Shown here: piece after piece, positions 26,930 through 42,229 of the stretch
How positions within the stretch are numbered: the stretch's first letter is position 1
Layout of the letters: each line of letters opens with the position of its first letter
Assembly (NCBI GenBank): GCA_951406725.2
Contig: OX597819.1
Coordinates: 85,994,001-86,058,000 of the forward strand
Source: Octopus vulgaris
Lineage: Eukaryota
Reading direction: 5' to 3'
DNA: 64,000 nucleotides
The notes under the pieces: generated by a model
Seen by the model: the letters and a program-made list of their open reading frames with translations, nothing else
The model's database searches: none
What the model was told of the DNA's origin: nothing
Position numbers and translations under genes: made by a program

Positions 26930-28810
26930 AGAAAATGTAAATCTAATATATCTAACACTACCTATAAGTTTTAAAAATTTAGAAAAAGAATCTTCGAAAT
27001 TTAAAAATGTATTTGATGATGGAGGAGCAATCGTAATTATGGAGGAAACAATTGCAATTACAATTACTTGATTTTGGAAGAACTTAACCAACATTTCTAC
27101 AAGAGGCTAAATAAAAAGGAAGATAAAAATACTATGAACGAAATAAAAACACTCGCCTCAAAACATTGAAATAGCCTTAGAGAATATGAGGTCGATTATA
27201 AAACGAACTTCTAAGTAAAGAGCATTATATTCTATGGACTAAATAAAATCCATAAAGCAACAGAAAATCAAGATAATATAAAAGGAAAAAATACAGCATG
27301 TGTTGAAATTCCAAAGCCTATTGACTTCAAACTACTTCCAATTCATTGCAGGACCACAATCAAGCGGGCAGCGCCTTGGATACCTAATAGATGTAATTTT
27401 AAAGCTTTTATACAAAATGGTGCCAAGCTATGTCCAACATGATACGGTCTTTCTGAATTACGTACCTGAAGACAATTCTGTTATTTTTGATACTAGATTT
27501 TACATCAATATTTGAAATAGTTTTTACACCAATATTCCACACGACATGTGAATTGAATATGTGAATTTGTGTTCGACAAAACACACAGACACAAGGAAAG
27601 ATTCTCAAACAATTTTATTTTAGAAGGATTGAAAGTAATACTTGAAAATAATCACGTCTTCTTTAACAATAATATCTATTTACAAATAATAGAAATGACA
27701 AGAATTACAAAAGTCGCTCGTCCTAACGAACACACGGAATGAGAGAATCGTTCTTAATCTACACCTAACTACCAGGAACTTTTAACCAACAATTCTCCAT
27801 TTATATATTAAAAAAAACCCACTTCGAAACGATATTTAGAGGTCTACTTCATACTTAGGAGCAAAAATCAAGAAGACTTAGAAATCTTTCATCCACACTT
27901 ATCTAACATACATGCCTAAATAAAATGTACTATGCAATGGCATACGAATGAACATATTTCTTTTTCAAGAGAATCACAATATAAAACAGCTTTTCAATAA
28001 ACCTACAGGCAGGCACACACCAGTACTTGAAATTTCATTCCTTCCATCTTTCACCTTTAAAAAAACATGCCCTTTATTATGGCAAAACGAGTTCGCATTA
28101 TTGCAATAGTCACAATATTTAGGGATAAATGACTACAAGACTTAAATGCATTCCTAGAAGAGCAAAGAAATCCTACTAGACTTATTGGCCCGGCTATTAA
28201 CAAAGTGAAAAATTTACCTACTAGAGAACAAAAATATAAAAATGAAAATGAACTCATATACATTCTCGTTTTCGTCACCAACAACCCAAGAAATAGCTAC
28301 AATCTTAATACTTCTAAAAGAGATCTCCCAAATCAACAGTCCTGAAATATGAATAAAGTTATGACAGAATCAGAAATTATTTATAGCAGATGCCAGGAAT
28401 CCAAACCAAAATTACTTTTAGCTAAAGCAAGGTAGCACAAGAAGCAACAAAGAGTGTTCAAAAATGTGCATTGAAGAAGGATAATAATTACATTTAAAAG
28501 CAACAATGTTTTAAAATCAGTGGAGATATGAATCGCAAATCCAGAAACCTGATATCACGTGCCTACAACGCGAAGAATACTGGATTAGAGAAATATATAT
28601 TTCATTAAATGAGAGTAAATGCATAAGCAACCAAATTCATGACCACTCCATTATAAACAGAAAATATGAACATTTTGGAAAAAGAGTAGCAAAAAAAACA
28701 TAATTCAAAATATTCCCATTTAAAAAAATATAGGCTGCAAATGAACTGTTTTGAAGAGCCAAAGTAGAATATTTTATTAAAAAATACACAACAAACCTGA
28801 ACAAAGTTAA
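26930..28810 (+). mobile_element. Decayed Penelope-like retroelement (RT + GIY-YIG endonuclease)
   Basis: FYGL.KIHK, IAGPQSS.QRL..LID.ILK, VPSYV..DT.FL, KVILENNHVFFNNNIYLQ, RY(L/I)(D/E)-like RT core, KPT.THQYL.FHS.H, and C-terminal MN.KSRNLI / LNER / FKIFPF GIY-YIG-like remnants; many stops. Confidence 0.75.
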
Positions 28811-28968
28811 TGCTGAAGTTGCACGAATTACTATTACAAAAATTTAGAATCTACATGAAAACATCAACTAAACACTGTCTGGGTAATCAAAGATACATAC
28901 ACTAGTGTGATTATGAACTCTTTCATACCAATTTTTTTTATATATAAAGGAAGTACTATACAGTTGTG

Positions 28969-29080
28969 TACGAAGGGGTGCTGAAAAGTTCATGACTGTG
29001 TAAAAGACAAGAACACACAGTCACATCAGTTAATCATGATTTTATTCAGCATATTCTCCACTCGGATTCACACACTTGTA
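28969..29080 (+). mobile_element. Mariner-like terminal fragment
   Basis: TACGAAGGGGTGCTGAAAAGTTC, a mariner TIR-like start; no partner end found. Confidence 0.5.
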
Positions 29081-29261
29081 TGCATATATATGTATATATA
29101 CATGCGCGCGCGCGAATGTGTCTGTATATATATGAGTGTGTGTGTGTATGTAGTATATGTATGCGTGTGTATATGTATGCATGTAATATGTGTATATGAG
29201 TATTTATGTATATATGCGTGTATAAGTATGCATGCATATGCATGTATATGTGTATGTGTTT

Positions 29262-29299
<38 letters not shown>

Positions 29300-29317
29300 A
29301 GTATATATGTTGTGGGA

Positions 29318-30541
<1,224 letters not shown>

Positions 30542-31172
30542 ATGTATGTGTGTGTGCGTGTATGTATGTATCCGAGCGTCAATACGTATATGGAAGTAAT
30601 AATCTGATTCTTAAAGGTCAGCTAAGGACAATTGCGTTTGAAGTCAACTATAAAGAACAATTCAACAGTACATAAAAATTAAATGCCAATTGCTTTAAGA
30701 CGGCAACCACTTTAACTGTAGCAGAATCACCCTCCCACTGCATCTACAAATTCAAAGCAGTTTTCCATCGATCTTTCAGTAAAGACACACCTTGATAAAT
30801 TCAGTGACTACTACTAAACTGAGGTCACTACAGGCAGAGAAGATATTCTTGAAGCCGAAAATTTGAACTTACGGAGAAAATATTTCGAGGAAACACAACT
30901 AGATCTCATAATGCACGGAAACTGTTGCATAATGAAGTACCTGCAAGCCAAGAGAACTACATTGTGTAGAAACAACTGTAGTGATAGAAAATATATGTCC
31001 AACTATACTTCTTGTTGACTCCAAATTGTTTCAGCTATCGATTCACACACAACAGATGCCCAAACACAAATCTCGAAGAACCTAAAATACTACTATTGGA
31101 GAGCACAGCGCGAAATCTGATGGTGAACGAGCTTTATACTCTACTACGGTCTTAACAGAATATATCATAACG

Positions 31173-31209
<37 letters not shown>

Positions 31210-31235
31210 TACATACATACATATATATATATATG

Positions 31236-31276
<41 letters not shown>

Positions 31277-31320
31277 CCAAAGTGTACCTACGCCGCTATA
31301 TTATATATATAAAAATATAC

Positions 31321-32303
31321 AAAAATGGGACAAGAACGTAAACATCCAGACAGAGGATACAAGGAAAACAAGAACGGACCATTCGGAGTTTTCTATCGAG
31401 TTCCAGATTATAGGCTGGTTATACTGCAATTTCCGCTGGTTACACTCGAGATTGCTCCAATCTGGCCAGCCCCAAGGAAAAATATAAGCGAAGAGCATTA
31501 GATTCTTTGGAAGAAAGCAGCGAATGTATACGAAAAAAGGACGGAAAAAACAGACAAATGTTACACAAATACAAATAACAAGACATGACAACAAGTATCA
31601 TTCGACTAACGACGAATTAAATTAAGCTGGCGTGGTGGGTCTCTTATATGTAAGTATATATATGAATTTTGTACGACTCTATTATTATTTGTATTCCTTC
31701 CTTCTTTTTATCAGCTCTCTCTCATTTCCCGGCCTTCTCTTCATGCTTACTTTTCTCTTTCACTTCACTGTGTGTCTTTCATTTTTTCTCGCCCCTCCTT
31801 AATATTTCTATCCCTCTGCCTCTATCTCTCTTCTCTCCCCACTTGACCAGTGTTCGGCCAGGCCTGACATTTCTTAGTTCGACTACCATCTGTGAAACAT
31901 CTATATTCCTTCTAGTGCTTGTTAAAACTCTTGTCCCTACCGTAAGGCTTTACTTCCACACACGCCAGCTTAATTTAATTCCTCCTTAGTTGAAAGAAAT
32001 CTGTTGTAATGTCCTGTTATTTGTATTTGTGTAACAATTCTCTGTTTTTTTTCGTCCTTGTTTTAGTATACATTCGCAGCTTCCAAGGAATCTAATGGTC
32101 TTCGCTTATTTTTTCCTTGGGACTGGCCAAATTGGAGCAATCTCAAGTATAACTAGCCGAAATTGCAATGATAATCTGGAACTCGACTGAGGATTGAAAA
32201 CTCCGAATGATCCATCCTTGATTTTTTTGTATTGTCTGTCTGGGTACTTTGTTGGCTCTCTTTTGTTTCACCTAACTGTCTGGATGTTTTGCGTTCTTGT
32301 CCC

Positions 32304-32310
<7 letters not shown>
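31321..32310. mobile_element. Inverted-arm repeat element (arms 31321-31638 and 31956-32310) in TA repeats, probably Penelope-pLTR-derived
   Basis: Arms are reverse complements (e.g. AATTAAATTAAGCTGGCGTG / CACGCCAGCTTAATTTAATT; AAAAATGGGACAAGAACG / CGTTCTTGTCCCATTTTT); no ORF; origin inferred. Confidence 0.75.
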
Positions 32311-32703
<393 letters not shown>

Positions 32704-33434
32704 CATAAAAACGGCGGTGCATCACCATGGCCGCAGCTCTCAGAGAAAAAAACATATATATATATATATATAGTAACCCAATAATGTACATTTCAATGCT
32801 TCTATACGGCTATCAGCTATGTTATGCCATCATGCAACAGGATTATTCTTTTTACTGGATATATATATATGTAAATCTGTTAGTGTTTGCAGAATTTATA
32901 TTAAAATTTACAAGAAGAAGAAGATTGAATAAACAGGCTTTAATCACCATTTACCACAATTGTTTATGTGCACTACTAAGAGTTATTAGTTGCTGAGTTT
33001 TCCATATCATGCTATAAGAAAAATTTTATACACAGAAGTATGATCCAGCAGCTGTTTACTGGCACGCCATCAGGTGAGTGGCTTTGATAGTACTGGTGGA
33101 TTACGTCACTTTCCATTGTTTGATACTTATATTTTATTTTTAGCATTCTCTCTATATTGAGTAACATATAGACTCAAACAGACATAAAACATAAAATACC
33201 AAATAAAATAATGTTACTAAAAATCCAAATATATATTAAAAAACAGATAAACACAAAAATGTACTTAAAAGTTGATGATTACTTATAATAGCAAGTTTGT
33301 TTTGTTACTTACCTGAACTATGTGATATCTGTAATAATTGAATGAGCCTATGATCATACCACTACATTATGTCACCGAAAACGCTATTTTAAAGTTTTCA
33401 GTATCGTTTCCCGTACACCGAGATACATACATAC

Positions 33435-33504
<70 letters not shown>

Positions 33505-33597
33505 TTTATTTAAAGCAGCAGAAAATTCAACAAAACCTGTTACTCTGAGTTTCCCGTTGCCGTTCATCGGACATATATATATATATGTATATATATA

Positions 33598-33651
<54 letters not shown>

Positions 33652-33866
33652 CATATATATATACATATACATACATATATATATACATATACATACACAT
33701 ATATATATATACATATATATGTGTGTGTGTGTGTGTGAACAAAATGCATGTGTAAAAGTGTGCAAAAACATCGTGGGTGGGAAAAATATTGATGTTACAG
33801 AATGCTACAAAGCAAGAGGTATCTTCAGTTATACACACACACATGTATGTATGTGCATGTGTGTGT

Positions 33867-33940
<74 letters not shown>

Positions 33941-34358
33941 GTGCGAATATGGGTGCAGGTGAATAATTATTTTCCTGTGTGATAGGATATTTCAATGTCT
34001 GATTAAGCGGCTGTGATGGGTACCAGATAAACTAAAATTAAATTTTACGAATGGACTGACAGACAAGAGGGTATCCCGCAGAGCTAATAGGGTGACCATG
34101 GGTCTTTTGAAGAAAAACATTAACGACATAAGAGATACACGAATACTTCTATATCCAGACGTAACAATGTGTTAATATATCTTCAAGAAAATGGAGGCAT
34201 GCTCACGATATATTTCCATTAACTAATTTTTTCTATTTCTTTTTCGATTTATATTTTTGAATTTTACTGCCACTATACAACGCTGTAGAAGAAATAATAC
34301 TGGACATACAGAAGTATGTTGGAAAAATAGTGAATTATTATTGTCCAGTATCAAAAAG

Positions 34359-34423
<65 letters not shown>

Positions 34424-34446
34424 TTAATAATAATAATAATGATGAT

Positions 34447-37400
34447 GATAAAAATAAAATAATCAAAGAACTGAAAACCACAGAGCTCAAAATGGACCAC
34501 CGACTATACCTCCCAAGAATCAAAATAAACGAAATAACAACACCTATTATAAACAGCATAAACCTAGCCGTCACTGAACTGATAGCCACTGAATCAAAAA
34601 AAAGTGATATCACTGAGCTAAATAACTTAATATACGCAGCAGCCACTGCAGCCACAAAAGAAGCTGGATACTCACCCAAACCCGCCCAAACAGGAGTACC
34701 ACCACCCAAACAAACCCTGTGGATAAATAACATCCAAAACAAAATACAAAAAAATGAGAAAAGATCTGTCAATTCTTAAAGAAATCAGTAGACAATCAAC
34801 GCTACTGAGCAACAAAAAGAAAACAAAAATACTCCGCAAATACAACACCAGAGAAAAAGATTTACCTGAGATAAAAGAAAAGCTAAAGCAAGATATCCTT
34901 GCCAAAGCACAAAGGATCCGCCGGTACAAGAAACGCCAACGCTTCTTTGAAGAAAACAAAAAGTTCAACTCCAACCCCAAAAAGTTCTACCAAGAACTGG
35001 GCAAAAATAAAATAGAAGTCACTGCAGCACCAACGGCAGAAGAATTGGAAGAATTCTGGAGAGAAATATGGTCGGCGAACGAACCACCAAAAAAAAGGAG
35101 TATCAAAATAACAAACTCGGCATCTGAACAACTTTGGACCCCCATAACAACTGAAGAGGTCACCCAGGCACTGCAAAGACTAAGCAACTGGAAGGCACCT
35201 GGGCATGACAAGATCCCCAACTTCTGGTTGAAATATCTAACAGGAATGCACAAAAAGCTGGCTGAAAACTTTAACAACGTACCAGCAGAGCCAGAGACAA
35301 TGCCTGAATGGCTCACGAAGGGGAAAACCATCTTAATTCCCAAATCAAATGAAACAGAAAAACCAGAAAACTACAGACCAATAACCTGCCTCCCTACTAT
35401 GTTCAAGGCATTTACTGCAGTGATATCACAAAGGCTGAACAAGCACCTGGACGAAAACAAACTGTTCCCAGAAGAGCAGAAAGGATGCCGCAAGGGCTCA
35501 TATGGCTGTAAAGATCAACTAATGATTAATAAAGCCACAACTGAAGACAGCCACAGAAAGAAGAAAGGCCTCAGTATGGCCTGGATTGACTACAAAAAGG
35601 CGTTTGATAGCATCCTCCACACATGGATCCTCGAAACACTAGCCATTAACAAAGTAGCACCAACAATCATAAAATTCATAGAGCACTCTATGAATAAATG
35701 GCAAACAGTCCTACACCTCCAAACAAAAGAGGGACTCATGAAAACCAAAGACATCCCCATTAGAAGAGGAATATTCAAGGGAGACACGCTCTCTCCACTC
35801 CTTTTCTGCTTGGCACTGTCACCTCTATCTGATATGCTAAATAGAACTTGATGCGGATATAAATGTTACGGCAAAACGATCAGCCACCTTTTATATATGG
35901 ATGACCTAAAACTATACGCTGCAAATGACAAACAGCTGGAAACACTATTAAAGACAGTTCATGGATTTACCAAAGAAATAGATATGAAATTTGGATTAGA
36001 AAAATACGCGAAAGTAACCATGAAAAGAGGAAAACTAGTTAAGAGTAACAACATCATACTAGATAAAACCAATGAAATAAAAGAATTAGACCAAAGCCAA
36101 ACTTACAAATACTTAGGAATCCATGAACTAGATAAGACACAACACACACAAATGAAAGAGAAAATAAAAAAAGAATATTATAGACGAGTTAGATCAATAC
36201 TAAACACAGAGCTCAATGCTAAAAACAAGATAATAGGTATCAACACTTTAGCTGTCCCAGTTATAAGTTACAGCTACAATATCCTTAACTGGACACGAAA
36301 TGAACTGACCAAAATAGATAGGAAAACAAGAAAAATAATGACAGGATCTAGGATGCATCACCCAAAATCTGACATAGAAAGACTATATATACAACGTATA
36401 GAAGGTGGTAGAGGCCTTATACAGCTGGAAAACTACTATAAAATAACCACCATAGGACTGCAAAAATATCTACTTCAGAAGGAAGGAAAACTGATCCAGA
36501 TAGCGGCAAAACACGAGCAAAACAAAAAACTGTTCTCAGTATTTAAGGAAGCTGACAAATACAAACAAGAAGTCATACCACCTAATAAACATGAAGAAGA
36601 AGAAGAAGAAGATGAAGAAACAACAAAAGCTATAAAACAAATGAAATCCAAACTAAAAATAGAACAGCAACGAATCATGATAAAACGATGGCAAGAAAAG
36701 CCCCTTCATGGTAAATACTGGACTAAACTAAACGCAAAAGAAATAGACAAAGAAAAATCCCAGCAATGGTTGAGAAGCTGAGGACTCAAAGCAGAAACAG
36801 AGGGATTTTTAATTGCAGCACAAGACCAAAGCCTCCCCACCAGAAATTACCAAAAACATGTAATGAAAAGAAATATTACAAGTAACTGCAGAATATGTGG
36901 AGATGGACAAGAAACAATAAATCATATTATCTCTAGCTGCCCAGTCCTGGCTAAGAAGGAATATATTCACAGACATGACAGAGTTGGAACCTACATACAT
37001 TGGAAGCTATGCCAACATTATGGAATAACAACAGAAAAAAGATGGTATAGGCACACACCAGAAAAGGTCACAGAAAACGAGAAAGCAACCATACTCTGGG
37101 ATATGCCGATACACACAGATAGAGAAATGAAGGCCAACAGACCAGATATAGTTGTTAGAGATCATGAAGAAAAAAATGCTTTCTAATTGATGTATCAATA
37201 CCGGCTGATGACAACGTGTCTCTAAAAGAAATGGAGAAACTCTCAAAATACAAAGACCTGGAAATAGAGGTAACTAGTATGTGGAATCTGAAAACAGAAA
37301 CAATTCCTATCATAGTAGGTGCATTAGGCATGATAAAAAAATATTCAGACAAATACATAAAAAAACACTAGGACTTACAAACACATATAACATACAGAAA

Positions 37401-37454
37401 ATTGCACTACTAGGCACTGCACACATCCTACGCAGAACACTTTCCATACAATAA
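34447..37454 (+). pseudogene. RT + restriction-like endonuclease ORF with few lesions
   Basis: NWKAPGHD, NYRPITCL, EQKGC, WIDYKKAFDS, RGIFKGDTLSPLLFC, LYMDDLKLY, YKYLG, CRICG..ETINHIISSC, HRHD, RPDIV, IDVSIP, KLSKYKDL; in-frame TGA at 35849 and 36779; frameshifts in A-runs near 34750, 37175 and 37360. Confidence 0.93.
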
Positions 37455-37548
37455 CCATCAGAGCATCACAACAAATCACAGCACATACCCAAGGCACACA
37501 GAGCTGCGCTCGGTAGTGAAGTGACAGCACGCTATAAAAATAAAACTA

Positions 37549-37551
<3 letters not shown>
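34447..37551 (+). mobile_element. Dong/R4-like RLE-type non-LTR retrotransposon, 5'-truncated, inserted in (AAT)n
   Basis: Single RT+RLE ORF; flanked by (AAT)n at 34360-34440 and 37552-37636. Confidence 0.92.
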
Positions 37552-37587
<36 letters not shown>

Positions 37588-38574
37588 CATAATAATAATA
37601 ATAATCATAATAATAATAATAATCATAATAATAATATATGTATATTGTAACAATTTATGAATTTTAAAAAACAAAACAAAAAATAAAATAAAACAAAGTA
37701 AATGAAATAATCGACTTTTCCTTTTCTTATAAGGCTAGCTGATTTCGTTATCTTAATCTGCTATGATAATCATGTCATCGCTACACTTGAGTTAAATACT
37801 CACCCTAGTTATACATATTGAGCTTTAGAAAGACTTTGTTATCCACATTAAACGCTGGATACCGAGTAATTTATACTCAGACAATTATGAAGTTTTATTT
37901 ATGCTTTTCAATCAATTTAATAATCTACCTCATAAATCCTTTTCTATTTTATTTTATCATTGAGGATTATTTCTCAGTTTCTTATTCTTTGAAGCTATTA
38001 TTGGTTCCATTGTTTTGGCTTTTATTGGTTTTGTGAAATATTTTCACAATTATGGTTTCAAAAACATTTTAAAAATCATTTTCATGATGTTTTCAAGATG
38101 TTTTAAGTTTAGCTCGATCAGTGGTGTTTCTGTATTTCCTTTACCGTAAAGATTTTCCTTATCTAATATCAAAATAATATATCAAAATAATGCCTACAGA
38201 CATACATCAATTGTGTTTGATGAATGATAGTGGGAATTATAAAAAGAACTAAACTCTCTCCGTTTATTTACGTAGCAATTTATATTTCATACCTGTTTAT
38301 TCATGAATATACTTATCTGTTCGCATATTAAATTTCACTATTTTATAAGAATTATCACCAATTTACAATACTTTGAGATTTTATGCTTTACTTATATATA
38401 TATCGATGCTTCAATGCTTCAATGAGTGTCACTCACATACAATGATTCTGATGAAAAAGATAAGCATGTTGATGATGATAACGCAGCTACGGATGCAGGC
38501 GTTATATTGGCTGATAATGACGTTGAATATAATAATAATGTCTTTCTTCTATATGTATTATACATGGATCTTTG

Positions 38575-38970
38575 TGGAACGGAGCTAGTCGATTACAGTG
38601 ACCCCTGTACTGGTAATTCTTTTATCGACACCGAAATAATAAAAGCCAAAGAAGAACTCGAAGCGATTTGAACTCAATGCATAAAACCAGAAATGCCGTT
38701 ACGCATTTTGTTCGGTTCGGTAACTATTCTATTCTGCCAGCCCTCTGCTTTAAACGTTACCATAAATAATAATAAGCCTTTCTACTGTAGGCACAAGGCC
38801 TCATATTTGGTGAGGAGGGAAAAGTCGATTACATTGACTCAGTACACAATTTTATCAACACCGAATGGACAAAAGGCAAATTGGACCTCGGCGGAATTTG
38901 AACTCAGAATGTAAAGACAAAATCACGCGAAGCATTTTGCCCGGCATCCTAACGATTCTGCCACCTCACT
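38575..38970 (-). mobile_element. Two decayed family-A SINEs
   Basis: GTCGATTACA..GAC, GGCGGAATTTGAACTCAGAA and AACGATTCTGCC motifs. Confidence 0.65.
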
Positions 38971-39008
38971 GCGTTATAAATGACAACAATAATTATATTA
39001 ATAATAAA

Positions 39009-39047
<39 letters not shown>

Positions 39048-39929
39048 GATTTATAATTGAAGCATAAGGCCAGCGAATTTGAAGTTTGTCGGCGACGTGA
39101 TACCATCGATCGAAGTACTTGAGTGCCACTAAGTCAAAGTGCCTTTATCCAGCTGTCCTTCTTCAATCTACAGGCGTATGCTTGGAGCAGACCAATTCAA
39201 TGAAACATCTGCCACTCTTGTCCACCATTCAACAAACTTGTTAGGATGTAACCTTTCTCTGTGCATCTTCATATTCCTTTACGACTGAAATTTGGAACTG
39301 CCGCTAATAGAATGGCTAAAGAGGATGTGTCTATCTCTGGTACTTTCAAGTGTCTTGTAGTATGCAACTCCTTTCACCAATGCTACCACATAGATAACAA
39401 CTGCCTGTCCATCCCACGAAATCAAGGATGATTTTCACATTCGTCAGAACTACTCTGCGTGCGATATCTGTTTGACATAACTCAGTATGTCAACGATACC
39501 TGAGCACCGATTAATGCGTGCAGAACGGCTTCATTTACTTAAAAGCATCTAGTACAGGTATTGCTAACGGCAATGCTGAGTTTGTATTGTTTATCTTCAA
39601 CTACTATGCCTTCCACTCCGGTAACATTTCCAGATTAAGGATTACTGGAGATTATTCTTGAGTCTCGAGCCAAAATCCTCCGGTATATACCATCTAGATG
39701 ATTTTTATCAACCTTTAGTGCTACTACGAGAAACACCCAGTAATCCTTAACAAAATGATGTGAAACTTGCATCTACCGCATTGTCCGACTGGCAGAGGAC
39801 TGAGAGTACTTGATGACATTCTAGATGCCAAGCGCCATATCCCAGCTGTTGCTTGGTCAAAACTGCTGCTCTTTGAAGGAAACTAACCGGGGAGAAAAAT
39901 GCGTCTGATTAGCGGAGACCATACTTGTT

Positions 39930-40870
39930 CATAGTCAAGTAATCGCTGAAGATGCCGCAGTCACAGCGCATGCATGTGCATCATCAACCATTGTATACTC
40001 AGTCTTCCATGCAGCGGCCAACAAATGGTGTGTCTGGCCAGGGGTAAAAGTTCCCTTCACAAGAATGGAAGATAGACATATCTTGTTCTGTTAATTATAA
40101 ATGGAGGAAAAGCACAACAGACAGGCGGTAAGAGACGGTGAAGATCTAGGCTTCGCTGCGTTTGCCGAATTTTTCAGGGATAGCTTTCTATAGGTCTTTT
40201 TTCTGAATGAGACTGCCCACAGTATCCGGCACCTTCTTTCACTTCTTCTCCATCTGGAGGCTAGGACAAAACCATCTGACAAACTTAACCGTTCCTTGAC
40301 GTTGTTGGGCTGTTCGGACCTTACTCTCCAGATGCCAAGTTTCATGCTCATCAATTTTAGCTAATGATTTTGGACTCCTGCTAGCGCCTTTCACTCCATC
40401 AGAATGGTGTAAAGCACGTCGATGTGCTTAATGCCCAACATAAAGATGCAGTCGTCCATATATGTTGATAAAGATCTTCCTCAACCTAGTTCACGCGGCC
40501 TGCTTCTCCATGCATCTTTGCTTCTGCAGTAGCGGCTCAGGAATTAGTACATTCACAAGAGACATGATAGAATGTGCTATGCCGAATGGTTCCGGTATGG
40601 GGCCTTTCATCCAAAACACTGAACAGATACCGCTATGCACTGCAGTGGCACTACCCCTCTTGACAGAATCGATATCGGCTGATGTGAGGACAGCTGCCGA
40701 GTAGTGGAGTGGAGCTTATCGAAAGCTTCCGATTGAGCTAAATTGACCAGGACCCCACCTGTGTTAGATTTCTTTAACCATCCTTACTATGAAGTATTAC
40801 TTGAGTATCTCGTTTTACCGATCCTATCAACGACAAACGGCAACTTCGTTTACAACTCGCTAAAAATTTT
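39930..40870 (-). mobile_element. Decayed Tx1/L1-like ORF2 fragment
   Basis: GC-richer segment; KLGIWRVR, AHACA (shared with 6660-6680) and RT-like pieces in the same order as in 6642-7500. Confidence 0.55.
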
Positions 40871-41402
40871 GAAGTCTTTATAAGTACCACATCACTATTT
40901 GTTTACTTATTCTGTCTTTTATCTGTTGATATATGAGCTGGTTTATCTTTGCAATAATAATTAATGATGATAATTAATAAGAAAAATCAATAATTTCAGA
41001 ACTCTTCTTCAAATGATTTACTTGCTCTATCTGTGTACCATCTATCAATAAAGTTGTGTATTTTTTCACCTCTGTTTTTCAATTTATGTATCAATTTATG
41101 TAGTCATCTATTCATCATGTAACTTCATTTATTTATCTTCATTTTTCTTTAAACATCTCTCTCACTTGACACCTTGCTATTATCAAATTCCATCTTCATT
41201 TGATATAAAGATTTACGCCTAAAACCTGCCCTCTTACACGTTCCTACCATTTTCAACCTTGCTTTATCTCTCCCGGAGTATGCGTGCACCACAATTTCTC
41301 GGTTGCTTTCATTTCTATATTACAATGTAAGACGAGACAAGTGGTTAACATTCAGGTTACTCACACAACTACCAAAATCCACTTCTGAATACTACTTACC
41401 GA

Positions 41403-41840
41403 AGGCGACGAGCTGGCAGAATCGTTTGCATGCCGGGCAAAATACTTAGCGACACTTTGTCTGTCTTTACGTCCTGAGTTCAAATGTCACCGAGGTTGAC
41501 TTTGCCTTTGATCCTTTCGGAATCGATAAAATAAACTATAGTTGAGTACTAGGGTCGATATAATCGACTTAACTCCTCCTCAAAAATTGCTGGCCTTGTG
41601 CCAAAATTCGAGCCCAATATTACTTACCGAAGGCGGCAGCTGTCAGAATCAGCACGCCGGACTTAGCGGAATTTCCCCCGTCTTTACGTTCTCAATTCAA
41701 ATTCCACCGAAGTTTATAAAATGAGTGACATTGAAGACAGAGGTCGATAAAATAAGTACCAGTTGAATACTGGAGTCGATGTAAACGATTTATCGCCTCT
41801 CCTGAAATTGCTAACCTTTTGTCAAAGTTTGAAATTAAGT
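41403..41840 (+). mobile_element. Two tandem family-A SINEs (41403-41620, 41631-41840)
   Basis: Family-A head and core; TACTTACCGAAGGCG precedes both copies. Confidence 0.8.
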
Positions 41841-42229
41841 CCTTCGCTCCGTATGAAGCATAGACTATCGACGACTTTTCTCCGCTGCTATCGACTTTCG
41901 GCATTCTTCACAGCCACTCTCAAAGTAATCCACCCACTGAGAGAAAGCCTGCCTCTTCCAGGTCTTGTTTATGTTGAACTATCATCGATATTTCTGTAAC
42001 TTTGCCTTGTTCTTGGTAGGGATATTGACCCTATGCGAACCCATTTTACTTTTTGCAAGAAGTGGTCCATATTAGTGTAGCTTCTTTCCTTAATCTGTCC
42101 AGTATGGGACAACCTATTAGGGTGTTGCACTCCGCTGGCATGCCGTCAGCATCATTGAGGCACATAAGTCAATACACTGCAACAAGGATTGGATCTTGTG
42201 GAGGTTCGCAAATTCTGCCCTGCCACAAA

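Noticed and set aside
33036-33328. Micro-exon candidates (plus CAG|GTGAGT near 33073; minus 16-nt segment 33313-33328 with AG/GTAAGT)
   Set aside because: Splice-like motifs on opposite strands arise by chance; cannot be supported without transcripts
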